From positions 1-40,939 of IMG/VR virus record IMGVR_UViG_3300038379_000537: a DNA stretch of 40,939 nucleotides. One strand, given 5' to 3'. This document shows positions 8,889 through 17,567 of the stretch, piece by piece (the first letter of the stretch is position 1; the number at the start of each line of letters is the position of its first letter). Source of the DNA: a virus. Its lineage: Duplodnaviria; Caudoviricetes. The notes under the pieces are model-generated. The model was not told the DNA's origin and did no database searches. It was given only the letters and a program-made list of their open reading frames with translations. The position numbers and the translations under genes were made by a program.

Positions 8889-9821
8889 GTGAAACTGCGT
8901 GATCAAATAAAAAGCGAATGGTGGTATTACCCCGGAGAATGTCGTTGGGAGTACGACCTGGGATGGACCCTCTATAACCGCACCACCCCCGTAATCCGCA
9001 AAACCACGGACGTATCCGTGGTCCTGGATCACATCGAAGAGGGGGACAAAATCGTAATCAAAAGTGACGTATATCTGCCCTACGGCTCCTACTATTATGG
9101 CGAGAGCCGGGATGCAGATTTTGTGCAAATCCGGGCGTGTAATTTTCGGCCCAACCTGCAATGGGGCGTTCAGCCAGGTTTGAAAAGCCTGGTTGAAAAA
9201 GCGGTCTACCCGCCTGATGATGCCGACATAGTCGAAATCGACACGAGTCTCTCCCTCGCACGCGAGTGCGCGTGTGTGGAGTATCCAGATGTGCTCACGC
9301 AGCCGTATTGCACGGACCGTACGGTTGAACTTAATGAGCATTACCGGATGACGTTGTTCAAATATTTTCCGTGCGACCTTACCGCGCGGAAGGCGATATT
9401 TGCGCACTTCCAGGCCATGGCCTGGAGGAACGAACAGGTCTTCATCGACCGAAAAGCGGGCATCCTGCCATACGTGCCCGAAAACATCAGGGCCGCGGCC
9501 AAAAGACTGCTGTATCACACCTGGACGGATGAGGATATCCAGGTGGTGTACAGGGGTATTTTTGGAGTGCCGCCGCAGCCCATACAAGTCAAAGTCGTGC
9601 CTAACGACAACGGGAGGCTTAAATATATCCTCAGCCGGGAGGATGGTCTTCTGTGTGAACTTCTACCCGGCTCTTGCGTAGTGTGCAGTTCTGGCGAATT
9701 AATCGCCCACAACCCGGACCTCCAAAGACTCGAGCTCAGGGACGTGGTCCTCCACGGCCTGAAAATGGAAATCGATGAGTTCGTCGAAAGCAGGAATGGT
9801 TATGAAAACGAAGAATGGTAA
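8889..9821 (+). CDS. Hypothetical early protein (310 aa)
   Basis: AAGGAG SD then GTG; long ORF. Confidence 0.75.
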   Translation: MKLRDQIKSEWWYYPGECRWEYDLGWTLYNRTTPVIRKTTDVSVVLDHIEEGDKIVIKSDVYLPYGSYYYGESRDADFVQIRACNFRPNLQWGVQPGLKSLVEKAVYPPDDADIVEIDTSLSLARECACVEYPDVLTQPYCTDRTVELNEHYRMTLFKYFPCDLTARKAIFAHFQAMAWRNEQVFIDRKAGILPYVPENIRAAAKRLLYHTWTDEDIQVVYRGIFGVPPQPIQVKVVPNDNGRLKYILSREDGLLCELLPGSCVVCSSGELIAHNPDLQRLELRDVVLHGLKMEIDEFVESRNGYENEEW

Positions 9822-9825
9822 AACG

Positions 9826-10086
9826 ATGAACAATAAAAATAAAAAACAAATCCGCCTGAACGAACACGACCAGGCCGCTTTGACCCGCGGCTTCGCGTTC
9901 GCCCAAAAGTACTACCCCGCCGTAGAACCGTCCGTGAGCTTTGTCCTCCGCCTCGCGCTGCATAGGGCCTTCCCCCTGGAAGAAGACAGGCTGTTATGCC
10001 CTCATTGCAGCACGGAGCTTGAAACCGACAATAACACGCCGGGAATTTGGCGCTGCCCAACCTGCGCGCCCAAGGAGTCAAAATGA
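9826..10086 (+). CDS. Putative ribbon-helix-helix regulator with C-terminal zinc ribbon
   Basis: KQIRLN..SVSFVLRLAL RHH-like pattern; CPHC...CPTC. Confidence 0.55.
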   Translation: MNNKNKKQIRLNEHDQAALTRGFAFAQKYYPAVEPSVSFVLRLALHRAFPLEEDRLLCPHCSTELETDNNTPGIWRCPTCAPKESK

Positions 10087-10304
10087 ACGAACCAAGAAAG
10101 TACCGCATGTTGTCCGATCCTCATCTGGACCCGTTCCAGGTGCTGGGAAAGGACCTGGAAAAGTCACTGGAAGAGCTTGTCGATTCCAGGGACAAAAAAA
10201 TCCTGGTGGCCTACGGCGCACTGATGCAGGTCAGGAAGCACCTTGCCGCAGGCACATCCGCCGCCTACGCGGTCGAGGTTGCGCTCGCAGTCCTCGCGGA
10301 GTAA
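10083..10304 (+). CDS. Hypothetical protein
   Basis: AAGGAG SD, ATGA overlap with the previous gene. Confidence 0.65.
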   Translation: MNEPRKYRMLSDPHLDPFQVLGKDLEKSLEELVDSRDKKILVAYGALMQVRKHLAAGTSAAYAVEVALAVLAE

Positions 10305-10505
10305 TCACCTCACCTGCACCCAATGCAGATGCCCGCATTTGGTGCAGGTGTATTGTTCGTGCAGCGGCCCATAGTCCTCACAGGTATGAGGCGTGGTGTT
10401 GACGCAATCGTCACACCACTGCGGAGTGGTCTCAAGCCGCGACAGCCTGGCGATCTCCAAAAACGCACTGGACAGGGGGATGACTTCATCGGGTTGTTTG
10501 TTCAT
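10305..10505 (-). CDS. Small zinc-ribbon protein
   Basis: CDDC..CTKC; overlaps the DnaB stop. Confidence 0.6.
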   Translation of the reverse strand: MNKQPDEVIPLSSAFLEIARLSRLETTPQWCDDCVNTTPHTCEDYGPLHEQYTCTKCGHLHWVQVR

Positions 10506-11866
10506 TCGTCTATTCCTTCACTTTCAGATTCCGCCGGTTCCCGTGTATATCCCGCCGGGGCAAAAAACTGCTGTTTCGTCAAATGAAAACGGGCCAATTC
10601 GGTGCCGGTCCAGCCAAAACGGGACTTGGCGGTAATGATCTCGATGTCAATCACCTTCGATACAATGTCCTCATCCGGACGATGTAAAAGATAGATCGCG
10701 TCCGCGTCGTTCTCGCCGGCATAGGCGAGATCGTGCTTTGTCGGCCTGCGTTTTTCACGGGACGCTCCACGGCTCAACTGATGCAATAACACAACCGGAA
10801 TATGATTTTTGCCCTTGGCCACGTTCTGCCGCAAAAAACGGGTGCAAAAGTTGTACCAGTCCATTTTACTATCGCGCTGCGGCTTCCCCTCGAGCAGGTC
10901 CAGATGATCGATATAGACTATGTCAGGCTGCTCCAACATCGAGGCCGACAGAACCTCGACGGGGGTCATTGGGGATTCATAAATAACTATTTTGCCCTCA
11001 TACTTTTCAGCCAGCTCGACGGCGTGCTGCACGATTCCGGATTGTACCGTGCTCGAAACATTCCCACTGCGCAGCTGATTCATGTCGATTTCCATATCGC
11101 CGCATGCCATACGCATCCATTTTTGCTCGGCCGACATTTCCAGGGAGCAGTCCAAAACGACCTTCCCGATGTCGGCATTCTGCCGCATCGAATGGATCGC
11201 CAGTGCCGACTTCCCGGTACCCTGATAACCGGCTATGATGCTGAGCTCGTCCCCAAAAAGCCCGCCGATCCTGCGATCCTGGTTCGAGACCCCGAATTTG
11301 CAGTAACGCGGATTCGAAATCATCCTGTCGATTGCGCGCGACGCGGCCTCCTTGGCTGTAACACGGTTCGACCCGCGCCCCTCGGTCCGCACAATCCTGA
11401 TCGCCTGCTCACGCAGATCGAAATCGACCGCGTCGTTATAGGCGGCCTTGGCGATCTCATTGGCAAAGGTTATCCCGTCACGGCGCTCCGAACACTGCTT
11501 TACGATCCCGGCGTAGTATTCCGCGTTAAGGGAGGACGGCACCAAGTTGACCAGGGATGCCAGATAAACCCTCCCGCCAACCTCCTCGAGTTTTCCGGCG
11601 TTCTCCAATTCGTCTGAAACCGTCAACAGATCAATTGGAACAGTCCTTTGGATGAGGGCCTCGAACGCCTCCCAAATGAACCGATGACGATGGGTGTAGA
11701 AATCGCGCGATGCGACGATCTTGGAAGTATCCCAGTAAGAGGATGGGTTGATCAGGACGGAACCGATTGCGGCTTCCTCGGCCTCTCTGTTGTTGGGCGG
11801 GGAGGCCGTAACGGAAACTTCGGCGGGCAGACAATATTCCGGCTCGGGAGGCGTGAAATCAATCAT
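10502..11866 (-). CDS. dnaB: Replicative DNA helicase (DnaB family)
   Basis: PPNNREAEEAAIGSVL, DFYTHRHRFIW, Walker A AGYQGTGKS, SLEMS, YIDHLDL, LLHQLSR, ENDAD, AKSRFG. Confidence 0.93.
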   Translation of the reverse strand: MIDFTPPEPEYCLPAEVSVTASPPNNREAEEAAIGSVLINPSSYWDTSKIVASRDFYTHRHRFIWEAFEALIQRTVPIDLLTVSDELENAGKLEEVGGRVYLASLVNLVPSSLNAEYYAGIVKQCSERRDGITFANEIAKAAYNDAVDFDLREQAIRIVRTEGRGSNRVTAKEAASRAIDRMISNPRYCKFGVSNQDRRIGGLFGDELSIIAGYQGTGKSALAIHSMRQNADIGKVVLDCSLEMSAEQKWMRMACGDMEIDMNQLRSGNVSSTVQSGIVQHAVELAEKYEGKIVIYESPMTPVEVLSASMLEQPDIVYIDHLDLLEGKPQRDSKMDWYNFCTRFLRQNVAKGKNHIPVVLLHQLSRGASREKRRPTKHDLAYAGENDADAIYLLHRPDEDIVSKVIDIEIITAKSRFGWTGTELARFHLTKQQFFAPAGYTREPAESESEGIDE

Positions 11867-12851
11867 CAAATACCGCCTTTCCATCTTCAAAACGGGGAAA
11901 TTTTCCGGGTTCACTTTGCCGGCCCCGATACACGGCCGTATAAGCCAGAAATGTCGGCCAGCCGGTGTCCATGAATATTTGCGGATTACGGCGAATGGCG
12001 GTGTTCGTCATCGCCCCTTGGTATTTCCCCTCCCCATCCCTCCAGGCGGCATAATCCAGAAATGCACCCGGATCCTTTCCGTAAACCCCAGACACCCAGG
12101 CCGCAAATTTGCGCCATATCTGCTGCCCCCCCCAGGGCCAGGAAGTCACCCCAAAAGCGGCCTCAAATTCCATGGCGGCATCCCGCACCTTTTGGCCGAC
12201 CCCCTCATTCTCCAAAATTGCGTCCATTAAATCGGGTTTTTCGTTTTTTGGCGCGTAAGCGCCATTAAATGGGTTTCTCTGGGTTTCAATGGGTTTTGTG
12301 TCTCTGTTCAACAGAGGGCTGGCCCTCTGTTCAACAGACCCCTCAGCCCTCTGTTGAACAGAACCCCTCTGTTCAACAGAGTACCTGGCTTTTTGGGTTT
12401 GTTTTCGATATTTTGCGGTTTTTTCGTCCTTCCTTTTCAGCAGTCCCTCCCAATCTATGTTGTTTTCGTTGTCCTGCAACCAGTATTCCTGCCCTTTGCG
12501 CTGGTCCGGTTTTGCGGTCGTCGGCAACAGGATTCTGAATTTGGTAAGCACCTCCAGCGCCTTAATCGTCGCATCCACTCCGACACCGCAGCCCATCGAA
12601 ATAATACACCCATCCGCGGCAACTATCTCCTCTGTGAATTGTGACAGACTGATATTGTCCCTCCTGCTCATGATGTTTTTCTGAAACCCCAGGATGCGGC
12701 GGACCGCAAATGTCAGTATGATATTTTCCACCGGCGAAAGGTAATACATCAGCCGGTCCACAAAAATATTGGGATGTTGGAAGGTGTTTGGAATAACAGC
12801 GTTTCCATTTGTGTTGTATTTTGCCCTTAGATCGTTGACCGCTTTTTTCAT
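11859..12851 (-). CDS. Phage replication initiator protein (lambda O-like position)
   Basis: Upstream of DnaB; N-terminal wHTH-like region (PNIFVDRLM..RRILGF..DNISLSQF); internal iterons. Confidence 0.8.
   Translation of the reverse strand: MKKAVNDLRAKYNTNGNAVIPNTFQHPNIFVDRLMYYLSPVENIILTFAVRRILGFQKNIMSRRDNISLSQFTEEIVAADGCIISMGCGVGVDATIKALEVLTKFRILLPTTAKPDQRKGQEYWLQDNENNIDWEGLLKRKDEKTAKYRKQTQKARYSVEQRGSVQQRAEGSVEQRASPLLNRDTKPIETQRNPFNGAYAPKNEKPDLMDAILENEGVGQKVRDAAMEFEAAFGVTSWPWGGQQIWRKFAAWVSGVYGKDPGAFLDYAAWRDGEGKYQGAMTNTAIRRNPQIFMDTGWPTFLAYTAVYRGRQSEPGKFPRFEDGKAVFDD
12302..12381. repeat. Four iteron-like palindromic repeats CTCTGTT(C/G)AACAGA; putative replication origin
   Basis: Copies start at 12302, 12325, 12349 and 12367, inside the initiator gene. 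Confidence 0.8.
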
Positions 12852-13099
12852 GAAAAAATCTCCATAAAAAATCCCATTCCTGGATGCTCCGTGCTCCGTG
12901 GAAGGTCGGCTAACTGACTTTGCACAGAGCATCCAGAAATGGGATTGTTAGCCGTTTTCCTGCTTCCACACAGGAGCGGTTTCTCCGCACCCCCTATTAT
13001 ACACCTCCCGCCCAATTTCGCAAGAGTGGTACCGGATACCACTCGACCCCGGCTTGAGTCCGGGGCCGAGCTCCTGCTGGAGGAGAATGAAACACCGCC

Positions 13100-13149
13100 A
13101 TTATACCAGGTTTCCAGCCCTTGACAAATACTAGAACATAATTTACAAT
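13100..13149. promoter_or_regulatory. Back-to-back divergent sigma70 promoters sharing the -35 region
   Basis: Plus strand: TTGACA(13121)-17-TACAAT(13144). Minus strand: TTGTCA-16-TATAAT with extended TG (13127 to 13100). Confidence 0.7.
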
Positions 13150-13249
13150 CCAAGCACTTGAGATATGCACGAAAGAGGAAACGCCATAAAGCCCCGGCAA
13201 GGCCATGTCGTCACCCCGCTGAGGCGGGAATAATTCCAGGGAAAATAAA

Positions 13250-13849
13250 ATGAGCAAAAGTATTCACGAGGCAATTAACGCTGTCATGGGGGAGGTCGGA
13301 TATGTCAAAAAAACGAGGTCCGACAAATTGAGTTATTCCTTCGCCGGAGAAGCGGCGCTGATCTCGGCGCTGCGTCCGGCAATGGTCGAGCAGGGAATTT
13401 ACATGCACGTTCTCGAAATCAGGGGGATCACGCGGCAGGAATATTCGACCAAAAGCGGGACAAGCATGGTGAATACCGTCATTCAGGCGGTGGTTAGATT
13501 CACCCATGCCCCGTCCGGAACGTCCATTGACACAGCCGCGGTCGGCGAAGGGTCAGACGCTGGGGATAAGGGAGCCAATAAAGCCATGACCGGCCTGTAT
13601 AAGTATGCCCTGCGTCAAACATTCTGCATCGAAACCGGCGATGACCCGGATAAGTTTGCCAGCGAGGAGCGGGCTGTCCCCAAAGAATATCGCCAAAAGC
13701 TGATTGAACGGTATGATGCTCTGTCCAAAGAGGCCCGAAAATTCGGCGTGGAAGTTTACGACCTGAATGAGCATATGCAGGATGAAGAAATAACAGAAGC
13801 CGGAGTTGAATTGAAGAGCCGGCTGGATGCGGCAAAGGCGGGTAAATAA
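13250..13849 (+). CDS. erf: ERF-family ssDNA annealing protein
   Basis: YSFAGEAALISALRPAM..GEGSDAGDKGANKAMT..KYAL..TGDDPD motif. Confidence 0.88.
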   Translation: MSKSIHEAINAVMGEVGYVKKTRSDKLSYSFAGEAALISALRPAMVEQGIYMHVLEIRGITRQEYSTKSGTSMVNTVIQAVVRFTHAPSGTSIDTAAVGEGSDAGDKGANKAMTGLYKYALRQTFCIETGDDPDKFASEERAVPKEYRQKLIERYDALSKEARKFGVEVYDLNEHMQDEEITEAGVELKSRLDAAKAGK

Positions 13850-14232
13850 TGTACCAATGCATCACAATCCTGGGAAACCTTGGCCGCGACCCGGAATTAC
13901 GCTTTACTCCGAATGGCTCCGCCGTTTGTCAATTCTCTGTTGCAGCTTCCCGCAGGTATAAGAAGGGCGATGAGCTCACAGAAGAAACAACTTGGTTTCG
14001 GGTCTCTGCCTGGGGAAAAATGGCCGAAGCCTGTAACAGCTATCTCCATAAAGGTTCCAAGGTCCTGGTTGTCGGGCGCTTGGTTCCCGACCCGACCACC
14101 GGCGGCCCCCGAATTTGGACAAGCGAATCCGGAGCGGCAAAAGCATCATTCGAAATAAACGCGTCAGAGGTAAGGTTCCTTGACGCAAAAGGCGATAAAA
14201 AACAAGAAGCAGAGAAGGAATTCCCCTTCTAA
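13849..14232 (+). CDS. ssb: Single-stranded DNA-binding protein
   Basis: ILGNLGRDPELRFTPNG..TWFRVSAWG..YLHKGSKVLVVGRL; acidic C-terminus ending in PF. Confidence 0.95.
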   Translation: MYQCITILGNLGRDPELRFTPNGSAVCQFSVAASRRYKKGDELTEETTWFRVSAWGKMAEACNSYLHKGSKVLVVGRLVPDPTTGGPRIWTSESGAAKASFEINASEVRFLDAKGDKKQEAEKEFPF

Positions 14233-14278
14233 CTCACCACGGAAGCCGGTGTGATCGGCTTCCAATTTCGGAGTGACA

Positions 14279-14500
14279 ATGGAAATAATCGAGACTGTAC
14301 CATACGACCTGGATTATGCGCTCTTCCGCCTGCGGGAGGCAATCGACTTCGCCGAGCTGGAAGGCGATTTCCAGCCGGCCCGGAAATGGACGCACGAGGT
14401 CGAATTGTTGATGCGGCATACCGTCCAGCCCGAAGGCTGCGACAATTCCATGGCCGGCCAACTGAGGGCGGCCGGCTACGGCGATGGGGGGGTGATGTGA
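14279..14500 (+). CDS. Hypothetical protein
   Basis: GGAG SD; stop overlaps the next start. Confidence 0.6.
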   Translation: MEIIETVPYDLDYALFRLREAIDFAELEGDFQPARKWTHEVELLMRHTVQPEGCDNSMAGQLRAAGYGDGGVM

Positions 14501-14772
14501 AGGAAAGGACCATCGTCAAACTTATCGCAATATACCGCTGGATCGAACAGTACCAGCGGGAACATCACAGCTCGCCGTCAATCCGGGAATGGGCGGCGGC
14601 GGTGGGAATCAACAGTACCTCAGTGGCACATTATTATCTGCGGTACATGATACAGATGGGTATGATCGCGCCGGCCTTCAAGCACCGGCCGCGTTCGATC
14701 GTCCTGCTGCCGCTCGAACAGGCGAATGAACGGCTCAGGCCATTTGTCGAGAAAAAAGGAGAAAAGAAATGA
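14497..14772 (+). CDS. LexA N-terminal DNA-binding-domain-only protein
   Basis: SPSIREWAAAVGINSTSVAHYYL..RPRSI matches the LexA winged HTH (PSVREI..GL.STS.VH..L..PRAI); no peptidase domain. Confidence 0.8.
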   Translation: MKERTIVKLIAIYRWIEQYQREHHSSPSIREWAAAVGINSTSVAHYYLRYMIQMGMIAPAFKHRPRSIVLLPLEQANERLRPFVEKKGEKK

Positions 14773-14855
14773 ACAGGAATATTCCGGCTTATCTGTTTCT
14801 GGCCGCGGCGATATACGGTATGATTGTTTTCATCATGGCCCGTTGCGCATTCTGA
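14769..14855 (+). CDS. 28-aa hydrophobic peptide (MNRNIPAYLFLAAAIYGMIVFIMARCAF)
   Basis: AGGAG SD, ATGA overlap; the stop abuts the attI-like motif. Confidence 0.5.
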   Translation: MNRNIPAYLFLAAAIYGMIVFIMARCAF

Positions 14856-14883
14856 TGTACATTCCGTATAAACATAGTTAGCC
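14856..14883 (+). other. attI-like recombination site A
   Basis: TGTACATTCCGTATAAACATAG|TT matches 23/24 nt of the motif at 19595; its GTTAGCCAGAT is the exact reverse complement of ATCTGGCTAAC (15023-15033), which opens the next attC. Confidence 0.75.
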
Positions 14884-14896
14884 AGATAGGAGAAAA

Positions 14897-15136
14897 ATGA
14901 AGCCTTTCTTTGTCGTGTTCTTTAGTTCGTTTGGCGCGTTTGTTGGCGCGGTTATGGGCACAAATGGTTACGGTTGGCGCACATGGCAATTTTATGTCGT
15001 GCTTGCTTTGCTTTGCTTAGTCATCTGGCTAACAAAGCGTGCACTGGACTGGGCTAATGCGCCCACGAAAGAGCAGGCTCGGCGCAATAAGTTTCTGCGC
15101 GAACATTTCGGTCCTCCAAAATCGCCCAGCCAGTAA
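14897..15136 (+). CDS. Cassette A1: small two-TM membrane protein
   Basis: AGGAG SD; two hydrophobic stretches; reads through its attC. Confidence 0.75.
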   Translation: MKPFFVVFFSSFGAFVGAVMGTNGYGWRTWQFYVVLALLCLVIWLTKRALDWANAPTKEQARRNKFLREHFGPPKSPSQ

Positions 15137-15151
15137 CGCAAACCGTTCGGC
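15027..15151 (+). repeat. attC site A1
   Basis: GGCTAAC..GCGTGCACTGGACTGGGC / GCCCAGCCAGTAACGC..GTTCGGC with two unpaired bases in the stem. Confidence 0.9.
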
Positions 15152-15170
15152 GGCTTCCTTTAGGTGGCTT

Positions 15171-15440
15171 ATGTATATGTTCTTTGTAGGTTTGAAAGCA
15201 AAATGGGAGTTGCGAGAAATTGATGGTTGTCCTCCCTGTCCTTCTTGTGGTCACAAACACCGTTTCAACGGTTGTGTTTGCGGGTGCGAGAACAAAGCAT
15301 GGCGAGAGTATCCGCCTGTTCCCTGGTGGGTGCGTCAGATATGGTTTTGGATTTACGATATTTCCTTCCATTTCAGCCACCTGACAAAGCATGCAGCGGA
15401 TGGTGGCAACGCCGCGTCAGAGTTTAGTAATTTTGAATAA
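15171..15440 (+). CDS. Cassette A2: Cys-rich hypothetical protein
   Basis: ORF between GTT core and attC; CPSCGH..CVCGC. Confidence 0.7.
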   Translation: MYMFFVGLKAKWELREIDGCPPCPSCGHKHRFNGCVCGCENKAWREYPPVPWWVRQIWFWIYDISFHFSHLTKHAADGGNAASEFSNFE

Positions 15441-15488
15441 TTATCAGGTCTTGCGTTCACCCACCACCGCTAACGCAAACCGTTGGAG
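15379..15488 (+). repeat. attC site A2
   Basis: ACCTGAC..GCATGCAGCGGATGGTGG / CCACCACCGCTAACGC..GTTGGAG. Confidence 0.88.
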
Positions 15489-15497
15489 GACACTCGC

Positions 15498-15797
15498 ATG
15501 AATGAATATACCCAAGCATTAGAACGTGTCGCTAAAATATCGGCGCAAATTTACAAAGTAACTAGCCTAGCGTTTGCCCGCACAAAACAAATATGTTGCT
15601 CGCATGGTAACTGCCCGTCATATCCTACTCATGCGTGGTGGTGTGATAAATGCTGGTTCGAGTTGAAAGACGCTCTTGATGAGTTAGAGTCCTTCCAAGA
15701 AACCGCCCTGAAAGAAATCTTTGCTGGCAGTCAGTCTGCCCAACAAGGGCGTGAACCCGGCAAGGGCAACGTCCCGGAGCCGGTGAAGTCGGAGTAA
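15498..15797 (+). CDS. Cassette A3: hypothetical protein
   Basis: GGAGG SD inside the GTT core; Cys/His cluster. Confidence 0.7.
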   Translation: MNEYTQALERVAKISAQIYKVTSLAFARTKQICCSHGNCPSYPTHAWWCDKCWFELKDALDELESFQETALKEIFAGSQSAQQGREPGKGNVPEPVKSE

Positions 15798-15837
15798 TCT
15801 TGCGTTGCCCCTGCGGGTTACGTGCAGGCTGTTAGCC
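15738..15837 (+). repeat. attC site A3
   Basis: GCCCAAC..GCGTGAACCCGGCAAGGGCAACG / CGTTGCCCCTGCGGGTTACG..GTTAGCC. Confidence 0.85.
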
Positions 15838-15855
15838 GTCACTGAAAGGATAAAT

Positions 15856-16128
15856 ATGACTGCACACATTCACAGCTGGAATTGGGTGGTGGTGGGGTGG
15901 ACAATCTGGGCTGAGTGCTCAAAGGATTTTTGCGGGGCAACCGTCTCTCTTGTCGACATTGCGGAGATGGCAAAAGATATTCCTTACTGCGGCCCCATTT
16001 GCCCGTATTGCCGGGAATCATTACACTATAAGCCAACAAAAACTTGCGGCGGGCTGACACAGCGTACACCCGGCTTTGAGCAGGCTGTGGCGAATGACGA
16101 TGATCCAGGCGATGCCCCAAGCGGGTAA
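15856..16128 (+). CDS. Cassette A4: Cys-rich hypothetical protein
   Basis: AAGGA SD; CPYC motif; stop inside the attC. Confidence 0.7.
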   Translation: MTAHIHSWNWVVVGWTIWAECSKDFCGATVSLVDIAEMAKDIPYCGPICPYCRESLHYKPTKTCGGLTQRTPGFEQAVANDDDPGDAPSG

Positions 16129-16140
16129 CGCAAGTCCAGG
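16052..16140 (+). repeat. attC site A4 (degenerate, GTT core lost)
   Basis: GGCTGAC..GCGTACACCCGGCTT / AAGCGGGTAACGC followed by AAGTCCAGG instead of ..CCGTT. Confidence 0.7.
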
Positions 16141-16146
16141 AGAAAT

Positions 16147-16503
16147 ATGGACGCGCAAATTGAAACACTCGATGAGCAAACAGAAAAAGAAATTGAAGTC
16201 GCGCTGGGTGAATTGCGAAGCATTCAGTTTTCAGACAACACACATACTCAGGCAGTCGAAGCGCGTGAAGAAGTTGAGATCATTATTCGCGCATTGGCAA
16301 AACGTCTAACACAGCGTGCATGCGAATGGCATCTTGACGATGACGAAGCAGGCGCATGGGAATCTGCGTGTGGTGAATTGTGGTGCTTTGGAGATGGTGA
16401 TCCAAAAGATAATGGCATGCAGTATTGCCCGTTCTGTGGTTGTCATCTAACACAGCGTGTGCCTGACGCTTCGCCGTCAAGCTCACAAGCGGACGAGCTA
16501 TAA
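16147..16503 (+). CDS. Cassette A5: hypothetical protein, probably two fused cassette ORFs
   Basis: Internal attC left-arm remnant GTCTAACACAGCGTGCA at 16304-16320; C-half ends in YCPFCG. Confidence 0.7.
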   Translation: MDAQIETLDEQTEKEIEVALGELRSIQFSDNTHTQAVEAREEVEIIIRALAKRLTQRACEWHLDDDEAGAWESACGELWCFGDGDPKDNGMQYCPFCGCHLTQRVPDASPSSSQADEL

Positions 16504-16533
16504 GGCTCGCGCAGGTAACGCAAACCGTTAGGT
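16445..16533 (+). repeat. attC site A5
   Basis: ATCTAAC..GCGTGTGCCTGACGC / GCGCAGGTAACGCAAACCGTTAGGT. Confidence 0.85.
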
Positions 16534-16537
16534 GCTT

Positions 16538-16714
16538 ATGGAAACAGACATTGAAATTCATATTCTGAAAGACGGTACGCCAATTATTACCGCAATTGTC
16601 GCAGGTCGCCCAATCGCAATGACATCTTTTGAATGGCAGTTGTTTTGCCGTGATATGCTCTGCGCAATTGAAACGCACCTGACAAAACATGCACCTGCGG
16701 AAGGAGAAACGTGA
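16538..16714 (+). CDS. Cassette A6: hypothetical protein (left-arm-only attC at 16675-16700)
   Basis: Cassette start GTTAGGTGC pairs with GCACCTGAC at 16675. Confidence 0.7.
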   Translation: METDIEIHILKDGTPIITAIVAGRPIAMTSFEWQLFCRDMLCAIETHLTKHAPAEGET

Positions 16715-16932
16715 TGAACGTAGGTCAACTGAAAAAGATGTTGGAACAATATCCTGATGATATGGAAATCCTGAATAGACGTTGCAGCGATTATGAAATT
16801 ATCTCAGAAGACGAATGGCATGTTGTTCAGGGTGTCGAGAATGAAGGTGGCTGGGTAATGCGCTCACACCCTACTATGAGTGACGAAAATAAGCGTAAAG
16901 AAAAATCTTATTTGTATCTTGAAGGAAATTAA
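16711..16932 (+). CDS. Hypothetical protein (attC remnant at 16936-16955)
   Basis: AAGGAG SD; MNVGQLKKMLEQYPDD N-terminus typical of small phage proteins. Confidence 0.75.
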   Translation: MMNVGQLKKMLEQYPDDMEILNRRCSDYEIISEDEWHVVQGVENEGGWVMRSHPTMSDENKRKEKSYLYLEGN

Positions 16933-16991
16933 CACGCTCAACAAAGCGCGCAAAAGATTGTTGTAAAAATAGGCAAGAGGAAGGAGAAACT

Positions 16992-17321
16992 GTGAAAAAT
17001 AAGTATTTTTGTGTAGCAATAACTTTTTGGCAATATGTTTGGATGGGCGTAAAAGATGTGTTTACAGATAAAGAAGCCCAAAGTAAAAGTTTTCAAAGCA
17101 GGATGATTTCAAGTGTATTTGGAGTCTTAATTGGCCTGGCGCTTGGAAGCCTTATGGCTTTTGCAATAAAGTTCTTTAATATATTTGATATTTTTGCAAA
17201 GTGTGTTGTCGGCTTTTTTATCTTTGTTTGTGTGGTGGATTTGATTTGTGCAATAATTTTTCTTTTCATAAGTTGGCGCAAAGCCGTCAATGATTGTTGG
17301 GATAAATTCCACGCAGGCTGA
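16992..17321 (+). CDS. Hypothetical membrane protein (attC left arm at 17316-17346)
   Basis: AAGGAG SD, GTG start, two TM segments; followed by GGCTGACAAAGCGTGCAGCGGAC. Confidence 0.75.
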   Translation: MKNKYFCVAITFWQYVWMGVKDVFTDKEAQSKSFQSRMISSVFGVLIGLALGSLMAFAIKFFNIFDIFAKCVVGFFIFVCVVDLICAIIFLFISWRKAVNDCWDKFHAG

Positions 17322-17360
17322 CAAAGCGTGCAGCGGACAAGTGGCAGGAGGAGGTCTTTT

Positions 17361-17567
17361 TTGAAATCTAAATTGTTAAAGGATATTTGTGTATTCACTA
17401 TTTTGTTTGGTCACGGCATGGCAATAAACAGCCTGCTTAGTTGGTCTGTAATTCCCGATCCTGCTCGTTCAACTTTGCAGTGGATTCATCTTGCCACAAT
17501 GATTCCAACTATTGTTTATATGCTGATGATCTTCGACGATGCCGAAACATTGATCAACAAAGGCTGA
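17361..17567 (+). CDS. Small two-TM membrane protein (7-nt attC remnant at 17562)
   Basis: GGAGG SD, TTG start; ends at GGCTGACAAA. Confidence 0.6.
   Translation: MKSKLLKDICVFTILFGHGMAINSLLSWSVIPDPARSTLQWIHLATMIPTIVYMLMIFDDAETLINKG

Noticed and set aside
12302-12381. Mini-CRISPR array
   Set aside because: 14-nt units with 4-10-nt gaps inside a coding gene; fits iterons
13132-13146. Second LexA box in the middle promoter (AGAACATAATTTA)
   Set aside because: Only the GAAC half matches; too weak to call
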